The notes under the pieces are model-generated. The model worked only from the letters and a program-made list of their open reading frames with translations. It had not been told where the DNA came from and did not search any database. 64,000 nt of DNA from Macrostomum lignano. Its lineage: Eukaryota. Both the position numbers and the translations under genes were made by a program. Of the stretch, positions 24,001 through 36,926 are shown piece by piece. Location of the stretch: contig NIVC01002760.1 of NCBI GenBank assembly GCA_002269645.1, positions 62,001 through 126,000 on the forward strand, written 5' to 3'. Each line of letters starts with the position of its first letter. Position 1 is the stretch's first letter.

Positions 24001-24278
24001 GTTTGCAGCCTTTTTTTGGGAGACCGCGCTTGGCCAGCTCTGCTCTGAGCTGTCTGCTGTTAGTGCGCGTGCACTTTCCATGGTTGTTGACAAATAAAAA
24101 AATTGCAAATAAAAAATCTGAGCAATTGCACACAGACGGTCAAGCCAGAAAATACTGGGTTTAAGAACCCCCGGCACGCGGCGGAGGGGGGTGTAGGAGA
24201 GGTGGGCGAAGGGGGTGGGGTGGGGTTAACACACTTTACACTGAGGCCCACGGAGCAGGCCTAGTGTAAAGTAGACAT
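21002..24278 (-). mobile_element. Ngaro-type (DIRS order) tyrosine-recombinase retrotransposon, decayed and internally deleted
   Basis: Split direct repeats A1 (~24108-24278), ORFs, B1 (~21365-21453), A2 (~21192-21364), B2 (~21002-21093). Gag with SAP domain and C-x8-C-x4-C-x3-H-type zinc finger (CLSFNLTAGCQRSSCRYRH). RT motifs AIPKSDGSVRIIHDLS, KVDLKQAY, LPFG, YLDD, FLGV. Recombinase motifs LRLGE, KSKT, GHSLRRGGA, GDWRSD, with the catalytic Tyr (VFRY) in a shifted frame. Confidence 0.9.
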
Positions 24279-25355
24279 AATGCGCGCGGCTTTTCTATTG
24301 GCCAGCTGGGAAAAACAGAAAACCGAAATTATCGATCGCGCACTGTACGCAGGCTTTACAAATGTACGCAGATGATTAAAATTCTTTGGGCACTACTTTA
24401 AAAAGACGTGAGAGTACAAAACCAACAACATTATAGTTTGGTTTAGTTTGGTATAGTATGTCAAAACGGCCCTTGGCGGGGCTACTTAAACTGCATGACA
24501 ACGTCACAGTTTAGCGATGAGCGTCTAGCCATATTGGTCAATCGCTCACGTACACGTACGTTCTTCCAATCTTTTTTTCAAGGACCACTAGGAACACTTC
24601 GTTATAAAAGTCTAGTCTAGTAGTCCTTGTCTTTTTTTGCAGCAGCGCCCTCTACTCGCCGCAATTAGCGGCGCGATTTTACTAGGACCGCCGCCATCCC
24701 GTGATCCCCCGTCATATGAAGTTGTTTTCCCATTACGCTCGTACTAATTATAAATGCAGGCCGTTGTTCGAGCCAAAAACCCGACATGCCAGTGTAAAGA
24801 CCGTATGTAGCAAATACCAATTAAAACTAAAAACGCACGAACATGATGTATACGTTTAAAAAGCTTCAAAACATATTTTTAATAAAAATATAATTATAGA
24901 TAGACCTATTATGAAAGTTGCACTTACGTTACACAGTTTTCATGGTTATCAAACTCATATTGCTGTTAGCTTTTTTGTTTAAGTCTTTTAACTTCTTAGC
25001 AAATTGGATTTGATTTAAATGTCCCTTTTTAGATACGGCTCCGGACCTGTGCGCGCCGGGAGCTTAAATCTTGCTTTGCTCGCTTGCTGACGTTATAATA
25101 AACTCATAAAGGAAGCTAATATAAAAGTTACAACTCAGGCCTAGGCTAATTGAGTTAAAAAGCTTTCTGATTCGCTTATTTAGTCTTTGCTACTTTATTC
25201 ACGGTCAACATTCGAACATTGTCATTGTTAAGACTCTAGAGTAAGACTAAGGCTGAGTCTACTTTTTTCTGTTTAGGCTTAATTAATATAGTTTTTAGCT
25301 TAACAGAAAAGCCTTTTAATAACCTTCGTTCTGTTAATGAGAAACGTCCTTTAAA

Positions 25356-28300
25356 ATGGTCGAAAATTCAGTTCTGCATGAAGAAGTGACTAGTAAGTAC
25401 ATAGCCCAGCCATTGACCATCAATAACATTAAGTTATTTGACTTTAAAATAAAATGTGTTTTGTAATATGTCTGCTCATTCAGACTTCAGAATCATTCCA
25501 TGCCATGCCAACTATGTGCATTTTAACATTAAGAAACTTCCAGGTAAAAAATGCTTATTATACCCAGGGTTGGCCGGTTGGGCACCAGTCTATTATGTAT
25601 TAATAAGCATTAATCAATTAATATTAAGTCCTTATAAGTGTTAAGATTTTTTATTATGTTAATGGACTGCCATTATGGACTGCCATTAAGATTTTTTTGA
25701 ACTAGCAGATTAACAAATTTGCATTGACAAATTTATCGTTAACATTAACAACAATGTCAAAAGTCAAGACCAACAATGAAAAGAAAGAACAAAAATAAGT
25801 CTAACAAGAAGCTATAACATTATTATGAATGTATTTGAATTTACCTAAATGCCCAATTAATCTCTTTGTTTATAATGAGGGTGCTGACCAATTTGGTGAC
25901 AAACAAATTTGGCAATAGAGATTCACAATGGACTAATTCAGCCAAAGCAAATTCGGCAACAATTAATGAAGAAAAAACAATTGCATATGATCTGAATAAT
26001 TCTTTTTGTAGAATGGTATTCTATAATGCAGATTAGCTTTCCTTTTGTTAACTGAATTTGTTTTATCTATCATTTATTCTTAGTGAATTTTAAGTCCTTT
26101 CCAAGAAATGTTCTAATTTCAGGCTAAGCGGCCTCATAAGCAAAAACCTATTGGACTTGAAAAAATGAGAAAAATGATTTCTCGTATGCTTAATAAGGTC
26201 TTTCCATTGTTACAATGTCAAGGAAGGAATTCAGCCTTTTAACTGCCCCCCCCCTCTTTTGATGTGAGCCATTTAAGGCACCCAATTCATTCTAATTTAA
26301 ACCCCCTTTTCATGGTTATCTATCTGTTTTATTACTCTGCAATTAGTCACCTATCCTACCTCTGTGCATGCCCGCCAAAGAGTGCATGCAGGGTAGTGAT
26401 TGGTGCCTTGTTCCAAAGCGTGAATCTCATTTATTCATCACTTGGATGGCCTCTTGAGTATATAAGGCTCAAATATACCGGATTTATTTGTGTGAATGCA
26501 ACCTGGCAGGAATTCAAATGTGGAATCCACCCCATCTCATTTCATGAGTGTCAGCAACCAACCGATTTCAAGTCAAACACCAAGTTTTATTTTCTTTCTC
26601 TACCCCCACCTCATTTGCTTTAACTTGTCTTTTATTAGGCTAGCTATAAAAAGACATGTCACTAAATTTGCCTAGATTGTTGCCAAATTCGCTTTTACCA
26701 AATTAGTCCATTGTGAATCTCTGTCGCCAAATTTGTGTGCATCCTATAATGATAATCATGCAGATGTAGCAACTTTGGCAATTCTTCGGTTTACAATCAC
26801 TGTCTATTTTGCCAGTTTCAGTTTACAATCACCTATTTTTCCAGTGTTTGGTTTACGATCACCTTATATTTTGCTTATTGCAGTGCAAAAATGGCATGTT
26901 CAAAACTAAGACATAAAAACCAAAGGTAGTTTTAAATGAAAAGAATGCAAAAGTTGGCTGATCAACTAACTTTGTTTATTTGAAATTGAAAAGATTTGTA
27001 TATTGGTCACTAGTAGAACTTTTATATATAGCACTTTTGGATTATGATCATCTAAAGCTGGCTATTGGAAAGCATGTCAACCCTAGCTTAGGACTAGTAT
27101 AATTAATCTTTAGCGCTGCACCCTCCTCACTTTTGGTTTATAATCACTTTTCAGATGCACTCCATTAAAATGATCGGGAACTGAAGCTGGCTATAGGCCC
27201 TATTGGAATAAGTTTCAAAAACCTGTGGACGTGCAACACGGGTGCCAAAATTGTACCCTCAAAAGCACGACGCGACACCAAACAGTAAAACAACAAAGGT
27301 ACAACACTTAAAAAAACAGTGCACACATTGTAACTAACAAGTAACATTTCTAAAAATTATATTTGAAGTATTAGTTACTTTACCATCAAAATAAAAAAGA
27401 ACAATTCAAGAACTAGTTATTATCAAACATGTTTGAAACATTTAAATACCAAGAAACAACCTTAAACATATTACAATGAAACATAGTTTGCGAGGTTTTG
27501 GCTACATATCCAGGCTGCAACACGACACATGACAACGCCAGCCGCCAAGTTGCCATACTGTTACGTCGCGTGACGCAACACATGATGACACTAGATTTCC
27601 ACAGTGTCGCACAATGTGACACACCACTTGACACCACTGTCGCGCAATGCGACACCAGGAAAATCTGAAAATGCGACAGATGGTTGTCCGCATTTTGTCA
27701 ACTTATTCCAATAGGGGCTGTAGGAAAGCATGTCAACCCTTAGTACACTTTCTTACAGCCAGCTTCGGTTCATGATCATTTTAATGGGCAACATACATTT
27801 GGGTGATTGTAAACTGAAGGTGAAATATTTAGGCTACTATAGCTCAAACTTGCGACTTAACAGTTGAAATTAGTTTGATAGGTTTTTCTACTGCCAGCTT
27901 TCGTTTGCAATCATGTCAATGGGCAACATAAATTTGAGTGATTGTAAACCAAATGTGAAATATAAGGTGCTACAACAATCTTACCATTTTTTGAAATAAA
28001 CAAAGTCAGTTTGCCAACATTTGATTTTGTTACATTGAAAACTATGGATTTTATGTCTTACAACTATTTTTTGTGGTGATTGTCACTGTTTAACCATAGG
28101 CAGACGGATGGCCGTTTTCGTCCATTCTGTCTACCTCCAAGCTAGATGGCATAAAATCAATCTCTATGGGCCAGATTTGTTGGATTTTTTACCACAGCCG
28201 TTCCCGACGACTAGAGGCCGAAAACGGCCATATAAATATTATGTATAAGGACTACTGACTGCTATATATAACCATATTTATAATCAATAGAATTTCATTC

Positions 28301-31300
28301 CTTCATCTAGGCGGGAACGGTGGTAGCAGCAACATTTATGATCGTAAATTTGAAAACTGTCTATGGCTGTTTTCGGCCTATCCGTCGGGAACGGTTATAA
28401 GCGCCTAAAACTGCAGTCAAATAGAGGTTAAGGTGATTGTCACTATTTGGGATGATCGTAAACCAAAGGAATGCCGCAACTTCTTAATGATGAACTTTAA
28501 TAATTAATTAAAATTATGAAATTTTTTTATTGTGCATGAGTACTGATTGCTTTGATTTACTTCTTTGCCAATCTTTTGTAACTTTCTGCTGTACACCTGT
28601 TAATGCTATTGAAACTTTTTACTATTATTATTTGTTTTTTTAGCTTGTAAATTGCTTGGATACCTCTGTGCTTTGCTAAAAAGATAGAAAAACAAAAGCA
28701 TTAAAAAGTCTGTTTTAGAAAAAAAGTGCAAGGTTTTGTATTTACTTTGTTAACTTCAACAGATTAATGCTTATTAACAATTATCAGTTAATTATCAATT
28801 AACTTAACAAAATTGAGTTAAAAAGTTAAGATTTTTTTGTTTTGATGCTAACACTTTTGCCATTAATGGAAGTTAAGATTTTCATTAATGATGCCTAACA
28901 CTAATTATACCTAATAGTGGCAGTGCTAGTTTGGAATCTTGGATAATATCACTGAGTAAAGTGACAGATCACCTTACAACTTGTAAAATAATTAAGGTGC
29001 AATAGAAGTTTTCAAAATGACATGACAAACTGTTTCTTGAGACTCAAGATTTCAAGCATTCATGGAGCAAATGATTCTAGCACTTTAAAAAATTAACACC
29101 TTGTTTATCATATCAGTTTTGGTCTTTGGGATAATAATCATTAAAATATAAGAATTTCATTTAAAAATTATTGTGTTTCAAAAGCACAAGCTCTATTTCT
29201 TTCAAAAAAATAAAGTTAGATTGAGCTTTAAACTGAATTACAGTTGTTTTGCCCAACTTTATATATTTGCCCATAATTTCAAATATTTAATCCACTTCCC
29301 ATTCAAATTTTTCATTAAAAAAGTTATGCATAATCCCTAAAAACAGACTTTTTTAAAACAAATTTGAAACAAAATTGCCAAATAATTCTTAAAAAACAAC
29401 AAACAGATAGACAGACAGGCAAATAGTGCAAAATTAGTATATAGATTTGTATTTATTGTTGTTATAATGCAAGTTAATTATTAAATTGTGTTTTGTGATT
29501 TATGGTTTTAAATTATTATGAGTTTTTTCTAAGAAAGAAATTCCTTTCAAAAGTGCATAAGCCCTTTTAATCAGAGTTAGTACTAAGATCTGTCAACTTT
29601 CTGCAAGTTTGGACATCCATTGCCACCTTTGCCAAATTGGTCCAATTGGCTTAGAGGCAAAATAGTCCATGGCCAATATGGTCTGGGGGCAAAATGTTTA
29701 TTGCCAAAATGGTTTATGGGCAAAATGACTAGTTAACCTTAAACCACTTACACATGATGTCTCAAATATAATGGCTCTACTGCATGGAGGCCTTAGCTTC
29801 AATTTTGGTCTAAATATAAAAAATCTATAGATTATAAATAGTGTTCTACTATAAAAGAGGTCCATGTACTATCGCTATAGCCATAAGCAAAACTACCACT
29901 TATTATAATTCTTTGTATTCTATAGCCATAGGGATTCCAATATTATCATATTCCCATAGCTGTAGCCATAGTTTTGACAAAAATTCTCAATATTTAAGTA
30001 CTTTGAATCAGAAAAATACAAACCAAATAACTAACTGCAAAGGTTGTTTAAAAGACTGCAAAGAAAAAAATTTGCAAAACAAATCAGCAAACTAGCTGTA
30101 TTAAGCAAGAGTTATATTACTAATATTTAGCAAAATGGGCAACGCTTGCCTCCCTACTCAGTCTTTGGACTGCCTTACAGCTTAAGTTACTAACATTGCA
30201 AAAACATATATAAAAGCAAACACTAAGAAAGCATTTATTGGCCATACTTCTTTATTTGCATTATAAACAATTGCAATTATAAATTATATCACTTCCAAAA
30301 TGGAAAATATATTATAAAATTTCTTTTTATTTATTGTATTTTATTTGGTATAATTTATAAGTCTTTAAATCTACTATACAGTTTTCCAGGGTATCTTTGT
30401 TTTACTCTACCAATATTTTTTTCATTTTTTAAATTTATAACTATGGCTATATTAATCTACAGAATGTGACAGCAATTACTATATTTCCATAGTTGTAGCC
30501 ATAAGAGCAACTATCTACTAGAGGCATATCCATAGTTGCCATAAGCATTTATTTTACCATATTTGCCATAAGATCCCATAGCCATAGCCAGGTAGAATAC
30601 TAATTATAAGATAGAGTATGCTATCTTAGAGTATGATAGTATGCATCCCTTTCAATTTTAGAAGACAATCATTTTGATATTATTCATACTATTAATATTT
30701 GTATTGTTATTAGCAAATGATCATGAACCAAAAAATTAACAATTGTACTTAATAGCTCGTAGTTTAGACAAAAATAGTTATAGCATATAGCATAAACAAA
30801 CTTATTTGATAGGAATAGTTTCAGTGCACACAGTGCAGGCAAACTTTTTATAGGATAATTTAGAATGTGTTTTTATATATAGTCATTTTGTCTGACTTGA
30901 CTGCCTTTTATTTGCTAGTTAACAAAATGACTTTTAATTATTGTATAATTTTGTTTATTGCAAAATGTCACCAAAACATTATTAGAGTTCTATTATTATA
31001 GTTATGAATATAGCTATAGAAAGTTTTGGAAACAGAGGTTTTTTAGCAAAGCATATGGATATTGTTATGGGAACACATAGTTCTTATATCTAGATCCTGT
31101 ATCTAATAATACCACTTAACTAAAACTTAAACAACCATTGGAACTATTGACTTGATTGGGGTAGGTTATTGGAAATAAATAAATGCTGCCAGTTTAAAAG
31201 TTGGAAGAACATTTCGAGTCCCTAGAATTTTCAATGCCTTGTTGACATTGTGGTTGCATGGTAGGAGCTAAAGTTTATATGAATCACTTTTAGGGGAGCT

Positions 31301-33566
31301 TTATAAGTCCCTAGGGTTAGGGACTATGATGGGATAAGGACTGTGGGAGCTAAATTTAAGAAGATTGAAACTATATGCATATTGAGATTGAAATGAGGGG
31401 GGTTAAGTTTAAGATAAATGTTTTTACTTTCAATATAAAAGTTAAAATAAGCACGTTGTGGCTAGGATGGTAAGGGCTTAAGTTAAGATGAATGAAGCCA
31501 ATGGGGAAGCCACCTAGCATTTGCCACTATCAAAGGCTAGATTGCAAAGGAGTCTTCTTGGAAACCAATTGATGAGTTAGGCCATCACCCTCACAGAATA
31601 TTTTGCATAGTAGTAATTGGAAATTTTGTTAATTGAGTTACTTGAACAATATATGAAAATATTTCAGGAGAGAGATGAGAGGTAGAAAAGAGAGAGTCAA
31701 AGAAGGGGAAAATAAAAGATGATCTTGTCATTTGCCCTTGGCCTGCAGCTTGAGCAATATTTATTGTTCAAGCTATTGTTCAAGCTAGATATTTGCATAG
31801 CAGAAGGCATCTGACCAGATAACATGGCTAGTCAGTTGAAGTTGTTGCCTGCATAGCAGGTCAGGCCACATCAGGCGCACCCTTGTGTAGAGCACAGCTA
31901 ATAAAGTATATTGAGTCTTATTAACCATTATAAGGTGCATAAAATTCTTCTAAAAACCGTAAGCAAACAAGTTGCTATTTACCATAATTAAAAACATTTA
32001 TATTAGTATATGTTTGTATGTATATTAAATCCTTTTGAAGTTGTATACTTTAGAGAAATAATATGGAAACCTTTATATATTTATCCTTAGAAATACTTAT
32101 AATTGTTTATTGTTCAATAGTTAAATGGCAAAGAATGCAACCAACTTACACACAACACACATATTTAGAGCTGCTTGCTGGCGCAGACCTGAACGATCTC
32201 ACAGTGAAGAAGGTGCGCAAAGAGCTTGAGCAGCGACTCGGAGTCAGCCTAGCAGATAGGAAGACTGATATTGAACAGGCAATCGAGGCTGTACTGACAG
32301 CCCGCGGCAACAGTGCTAGCAACCAAGATGAAGCTAAAAGCAGCAATAGCGGCAATGAAGATAAACATGATGATGATGATGACACAGACTCCAGCTTATC
32401 CGAACTAGAAGACGCTGCTCCATCAAGGAAATCGGCAAAATTGTCTTCAGCTTCATCCGCTGCAGCAGCTTCGTCTTCTGCTTCTGCAAAAAAGAAGCAG
32501 AAAGCTCAGACAGACGAAGAATTGGCCAGGGAGTTGCACCTGAAAGAGAATGGCTTAACAACCCGTCGGCGCAGGACTGTCGGCTCAAGCGGTGATTCTT
32601 CCGCTACTAAAAGCAGAAAAGCGCCAAGAAAATCTGGCGGCGGATTCTCCAAGCCGTGCGCGTTGAGTCCCGCATTGGCCAGCGTTGTTGGCTGCGACTC
32701 TATGCCCAGACAGCAGGTGGGTGCAAGCATTGTGGCAGCCACATTTAGAGACTGGCGTTTGGCGAGGCAATTCCAAATCAGCACTCTGAAAGGCACTCTC
32801 TATTGTTGTCACTGTATGGGCACATAAATGCATATTCAATTTTTTAAAATAAAAGTCTAAACTTTATTGTGACTCTACTTTGACAAACCTTTCACTCCAA
32901 AAGTCACAAACCTGTCACTCTAAAAGTTACGAATCTGTCACTCTAAACGTCTCAAACCTGTCACTCTAAATACCACAAACCTGTCACTAAAAGACACCAA
33001 CCTGTCACTAAAAGTCACAAACCTGTCACTCTAAAAGTCACGAATCTGTCACTCTAAACGTCTCAAACCTGTCACTCTAAATGCCAAAAACCTGTCACTA
33101 AAAGTCATCAACCTGTCACTCTAAAAGTCACAAACCTGTCACTTTAAAAGACAAACCTGTCACTCTAAACGTCACAGAATGTCACTAAAAAAGTCACAAA
33201 CCTGTCACTTTAAAAGTCAAACCTGTCACTCTAAACGTCACAGAACTGTCACTTGAAAAGTCACAAATCTGTCACTCTAAAAGTCACGGATCTGTCAGTC
33301 CTAAAGTCACATTGCTTTTCACTTTGTAAGCACTCTTGCAAGCCCAATGAGAGTCACTCCACTAGTAGCACTCCATTAAATTCTCCTTCATCACGCAGGT
33401 GGTGAAGCGCCTGTGGGACATCGCCAAAGAGCGCGAAATGTTCGACCCGAAGAACAAGCAGTTTGTGATTTGCGACGCGGAATTTGAGCAACTGTTTGGC
33501 AAAAAGCGACTTCGGATGTTCGCTCTGATGAAGTATCTGAAGAATCATGTTAAAAATGTGGACTAA
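25356..33566 (+). CDS. DEK-C + SWIB/MDM2 domain protein (UAF30/Spp27-like), 250 aa
   Basis: join(25356-25392, 32169-32716, 33399-33566) = 753 nt, phases 1 and 0 consistent. N-terminus MVENSVLHEEVTKLLAGADLNDLTVKKVRKELEQRLG (DEK-C). SWIB part GGFSKPCALSPALASVVG..MPRQQ|VVKRLWDIAKEREMFDPKNKQFVICDAEFEQLFG. Confidence 0.88.
32895..33310. repeat. ~21-23-bp degenerate minisatellite (AAACCTGTCACTCTAAAAGTCAC)n in intron 2 of the SWIB gene
   Basis: Directly visible. Confidence 0.88.
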
Positions 33567-33754
33567 TTGGACACTGAGAAGGGTAGTTTTTTGCTTTTTT
33601 AATTTACATAATCTGTATTTGTAAGTGGTTCATTCAGCTTATTATTTTTGGAGATTCAAGATACAGTACGAACAAGCTGTCTTCAACTCAACGCATTGGC
33701 CTCACAGTTTATTGAATCGTCTTTCTATTAAGTAAGTCGCTCATCTCGCTAAAG

Positions 33755-34175
33755 AATAGGTCATAAATCCCATTTGAGAATGGGTCATAAATTCGATTTA
33801 AGAATCGGTCATTGATCCATTTGAGAATCCGTCATAAATCCCATTTGAGAATCCGTCATAAATCCCATTTGAGAATCGGTCATTGATCCCAGTGTAGAAT
33901 CGGTCATAAATCCTATTTGAGAATCGGTTATTGATCCCAGTGTAGAATCGGTCATAAATCCTATTTGAGAATCGGTCATAAATCCTATTTGAGAATCGGT
34001 CATAAATCCTATTTGAGAATCGGTCATAAATCCTATTTGAGAATCGGTCATAAATCCTATTTGAGAATCGGTCATTGATCCCAGTGTAGAATCGGTCATA
34101 AAGCCCATTTGAGAATCGGTCATTTGATCCCAGTGTAGAATCGGTCATTGATTCCATTTTAGAATTGGTCATTAA
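33755..34175. repeat. 24-bp minisatellite (GAGAATCGGTCATAAATCCTATTT)n
   Basis: Directly visible downstream of the SWIB stop codon. Confidence 0.92.
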
Positions 34176-35149
34176 TCCTAACATCTCACTTGATGAAAGT
34201 TTCTTTTATATTTAACTTTAATTACTGTATATGAAATATTTTTACTTTCAAGTAGCTGTCCTACTACTTGCAGTAACAATAGTAAAATTGAATGCTTATA
34301 TAAATTGTCAATTATTATTTAAAAGTAATACTTTATCTTATACTACTGACTATATAAGTAGTTAAACTGCGTTGCCTCTTCATCTCTGGCTGCAGTAGTA
34401 GCCAAGCGGCTTTCATGAAAGTTCATAAAAGTCCCATTTGCAATTGCCATACAATGTTGCATTTTGTCATCCGTTATCGCGTATTGAATATGAAAATGCA
34501 AAGTTAAACTGACTACTCAATAAATAGTAGCTTATGAGCGCACTGTCTCCGGTACTGTAGACACACGCATTCGCTGCAATAAATGTCTTAAAGATGTGTT
34601 TTGTTTTAACCATCTTTTGTATAGTACTAAGAGTACTTTAAGCTGCTTTTCACTTCAGTCAAACAAACAAAATAATAATAAATATTATTAAATAAAATGA
34701 CCTGTGGACTGTTTTGTTCCATCTGTTTGCCCCACCTGTTGAAATTAAATTGCTGTCTAATTATTATCTTTACATTCATTTTTCCATTGTTTCAAGATTA
34801 ACAACAAGAAACAACTTAGCAGTCACTGATTGGCAGGTGAAAACTGTCACAAATCACGAAAAGAGAACACTTATTAGTGTGTTTATTTGTGTGTATCAAT
34901 TTTTTATTTCGATAGCAAGGCAAATCACAGAGTTTCAAGTGGAAGATTAAAGCTTTAGCGTCCTTCACAAGGGCGCCGCACAGTGCATATCACAAAATTT
35001 ACGTTTTTTCTTTGGAAACACCAGAAAGATTTCAAAACTATATCAAAAGATTAAAAAAGAAAATGAGCCAGTTTTATTATTACAAGATAGAAAAAATACG
35101 GTTGAGGAGGCAGATCGACCTAGCTTAGTCAATTTTAATTGTATCTTGA

Positions 35150-35740
35150 TAAGCAAGATCTTGTCTTAGCCAATAGAATCGTAGCTTAAATCTAATTGGT
35201 AAAAAGGAGCCAGATCAGCTCAACTCTTAACCAATAGAATTTAGTTCGAATCTGATTGGTCAAAAAAGCCAGATCAGCTCCACTCTTATCCAAAAGAATT
35301 TAGCTTGAACCTGATTGGTCAAGAAAAGCCAGATTAGCTTGACTCTTAGCCAATAGAAATGGAGCTTGAATCTGATTGGTCAAGAAAAGCCAGATCAGCT
35401 TGTCGTAGCCAATAAAATCGTAGCTTGAATCCGATTGGTCAAGAAAAGCCAGACCAGCTTGTCGTAGCCAATAGAATCGTAGCTTGAATCTGATTGGTCA
35501 AAAAAGCCAGATCAGCTTGTCGTAGCCAATAGAATCGTAGCTTGAATCCGATTGGTCAAGAAAATCCAAATCAGCTTGTCTTAGCCAATAGAATCGTAGC
35601 TTGAATCCGATTGGTCAGGAAAAGCCAGATCAGCTTGTCTTAGCCAATAGAATTGGAGCTTAAATCTGATTAGTCAAGAAAATCCGAATCAGCTTGTCCT
35701 AGCCAATAAAATTCTAGCCTAAATTCTATTGGCTAAGAAA
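35150..35740. repeat. ~59-bp tandem repeat, each unit carrying CCAAT and ATTGG
   Basis: About 10 units of AGCCAATAGAATCGTAGCTTGAATCTGATTGGTCAAGAAAAGCCAGATCAGCTTGTCGT. Confidence 0.9.
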
Positions 35741-35833
35741 ACTCAGTTGATTTTATCAGCCTGGTTTCTAATTGGTCGATCAGTGCGCCTCAGACAATGG
35801 TAGATAAAGTTAAGTAGCAGCTTCTGCAGCCAA

Positions 35834-36576
35834 TCAGGCCAGCGCAAGGCTCTGATCAGCCAGCTGGGAGTTCATATTCGCCTGTCGCTGGTCGGCCCTC
35901 CTGCCCATCCGGTTGGCCCTGTTGGCCAGGTGAAACTCCAGGTCTTTCTCTCGAGTCCACCTGGGCGCAAGCAGTCCGGCCGGTGTCACTGGCACGTTGG
36001 TCTCCGGCATTTTCTGACCGTAGGGAAACTGCTCAGAATCTGCCGCTGTGGCCGCAGCAGCCGCTGCCGCCGCCGCAGTTTCGGCTTCTTCGGCCGCAGC
36101 CGACCTGTCCAGGAACTCCTGCCGCACCATCTCTGGTGTGAGTCCGGAGCCGCCGTCCTCCTCGTCTGGCAGCACGTGACTCGCGTCCTCTTCGTCGAGG
36201 CCATCGAGAAAGTCGGGGAGCGGCTCGCCGATGCCGGTGGTCTCAGTGTCGAATGGGTTGGTCCAGCGGGGCACCCAGACCCGGGTGAGGGTGGGCGTGT
36301 TGCCCAGAGCGGACAGGCCGGGGGAGGCGAGCTTCTTCCAGCTGGTGACGCCGCGGACAATGTCGCGTCTGCGCAGATGAGTTGATAGTAAATTATCTAA
36401 CTAACCAACTGACTAACTAACTAACTGAGCAACTAAGCAAATAGCTAACTATTTAACTAAATAATTAACTCGATAACTAACTAACTAAGCAATTAACAAA
36501 CTAAATAATTAGCTAGCTGGCTATCTAACTAGCTAACTAAATAACTGACTAACTAACTAACTAACTAACTAACTAG

Positions 36577-36618
<42 letters not shown>

Positions 36619-36619
36619 G

Positions 36620-36659
<40 letters not shown>

Positions 36660-36669
36660 GCTAACTAAG

Positions 36670-36711
<42 letters not shown>

Positions 36712-36784
36712 GCTAACTAACTAACTAACTAACTAGCTAACTAACTGACTAACAAACTAACTAACTGACTAACTAACTAACTAG

Positions 36785-36826
<42 letters not shown>

Positions 36827-36884
36827 GACTGACTAACTAACTAACTAACTAGCTAACTAACTGACTAACTAACTAACTAACTAG

Positions 36885-36926
<42 letters not shown>

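Noticed and set aside
32063-32168. ORF-track start (METFIYLSLE...) for the SWIB gene
   Set aside because: AT-rich intronic sequence ending in a TTTAG acceptor. Exon 25356-25392 supplies a better DEK-C N-terminus in the correct phase.
36300-36340. Apparent frameshift in CFAP221 exon 6
   Set aside because: Recounting the G run shows the frame is continuous ([26 protein letters not shown]).
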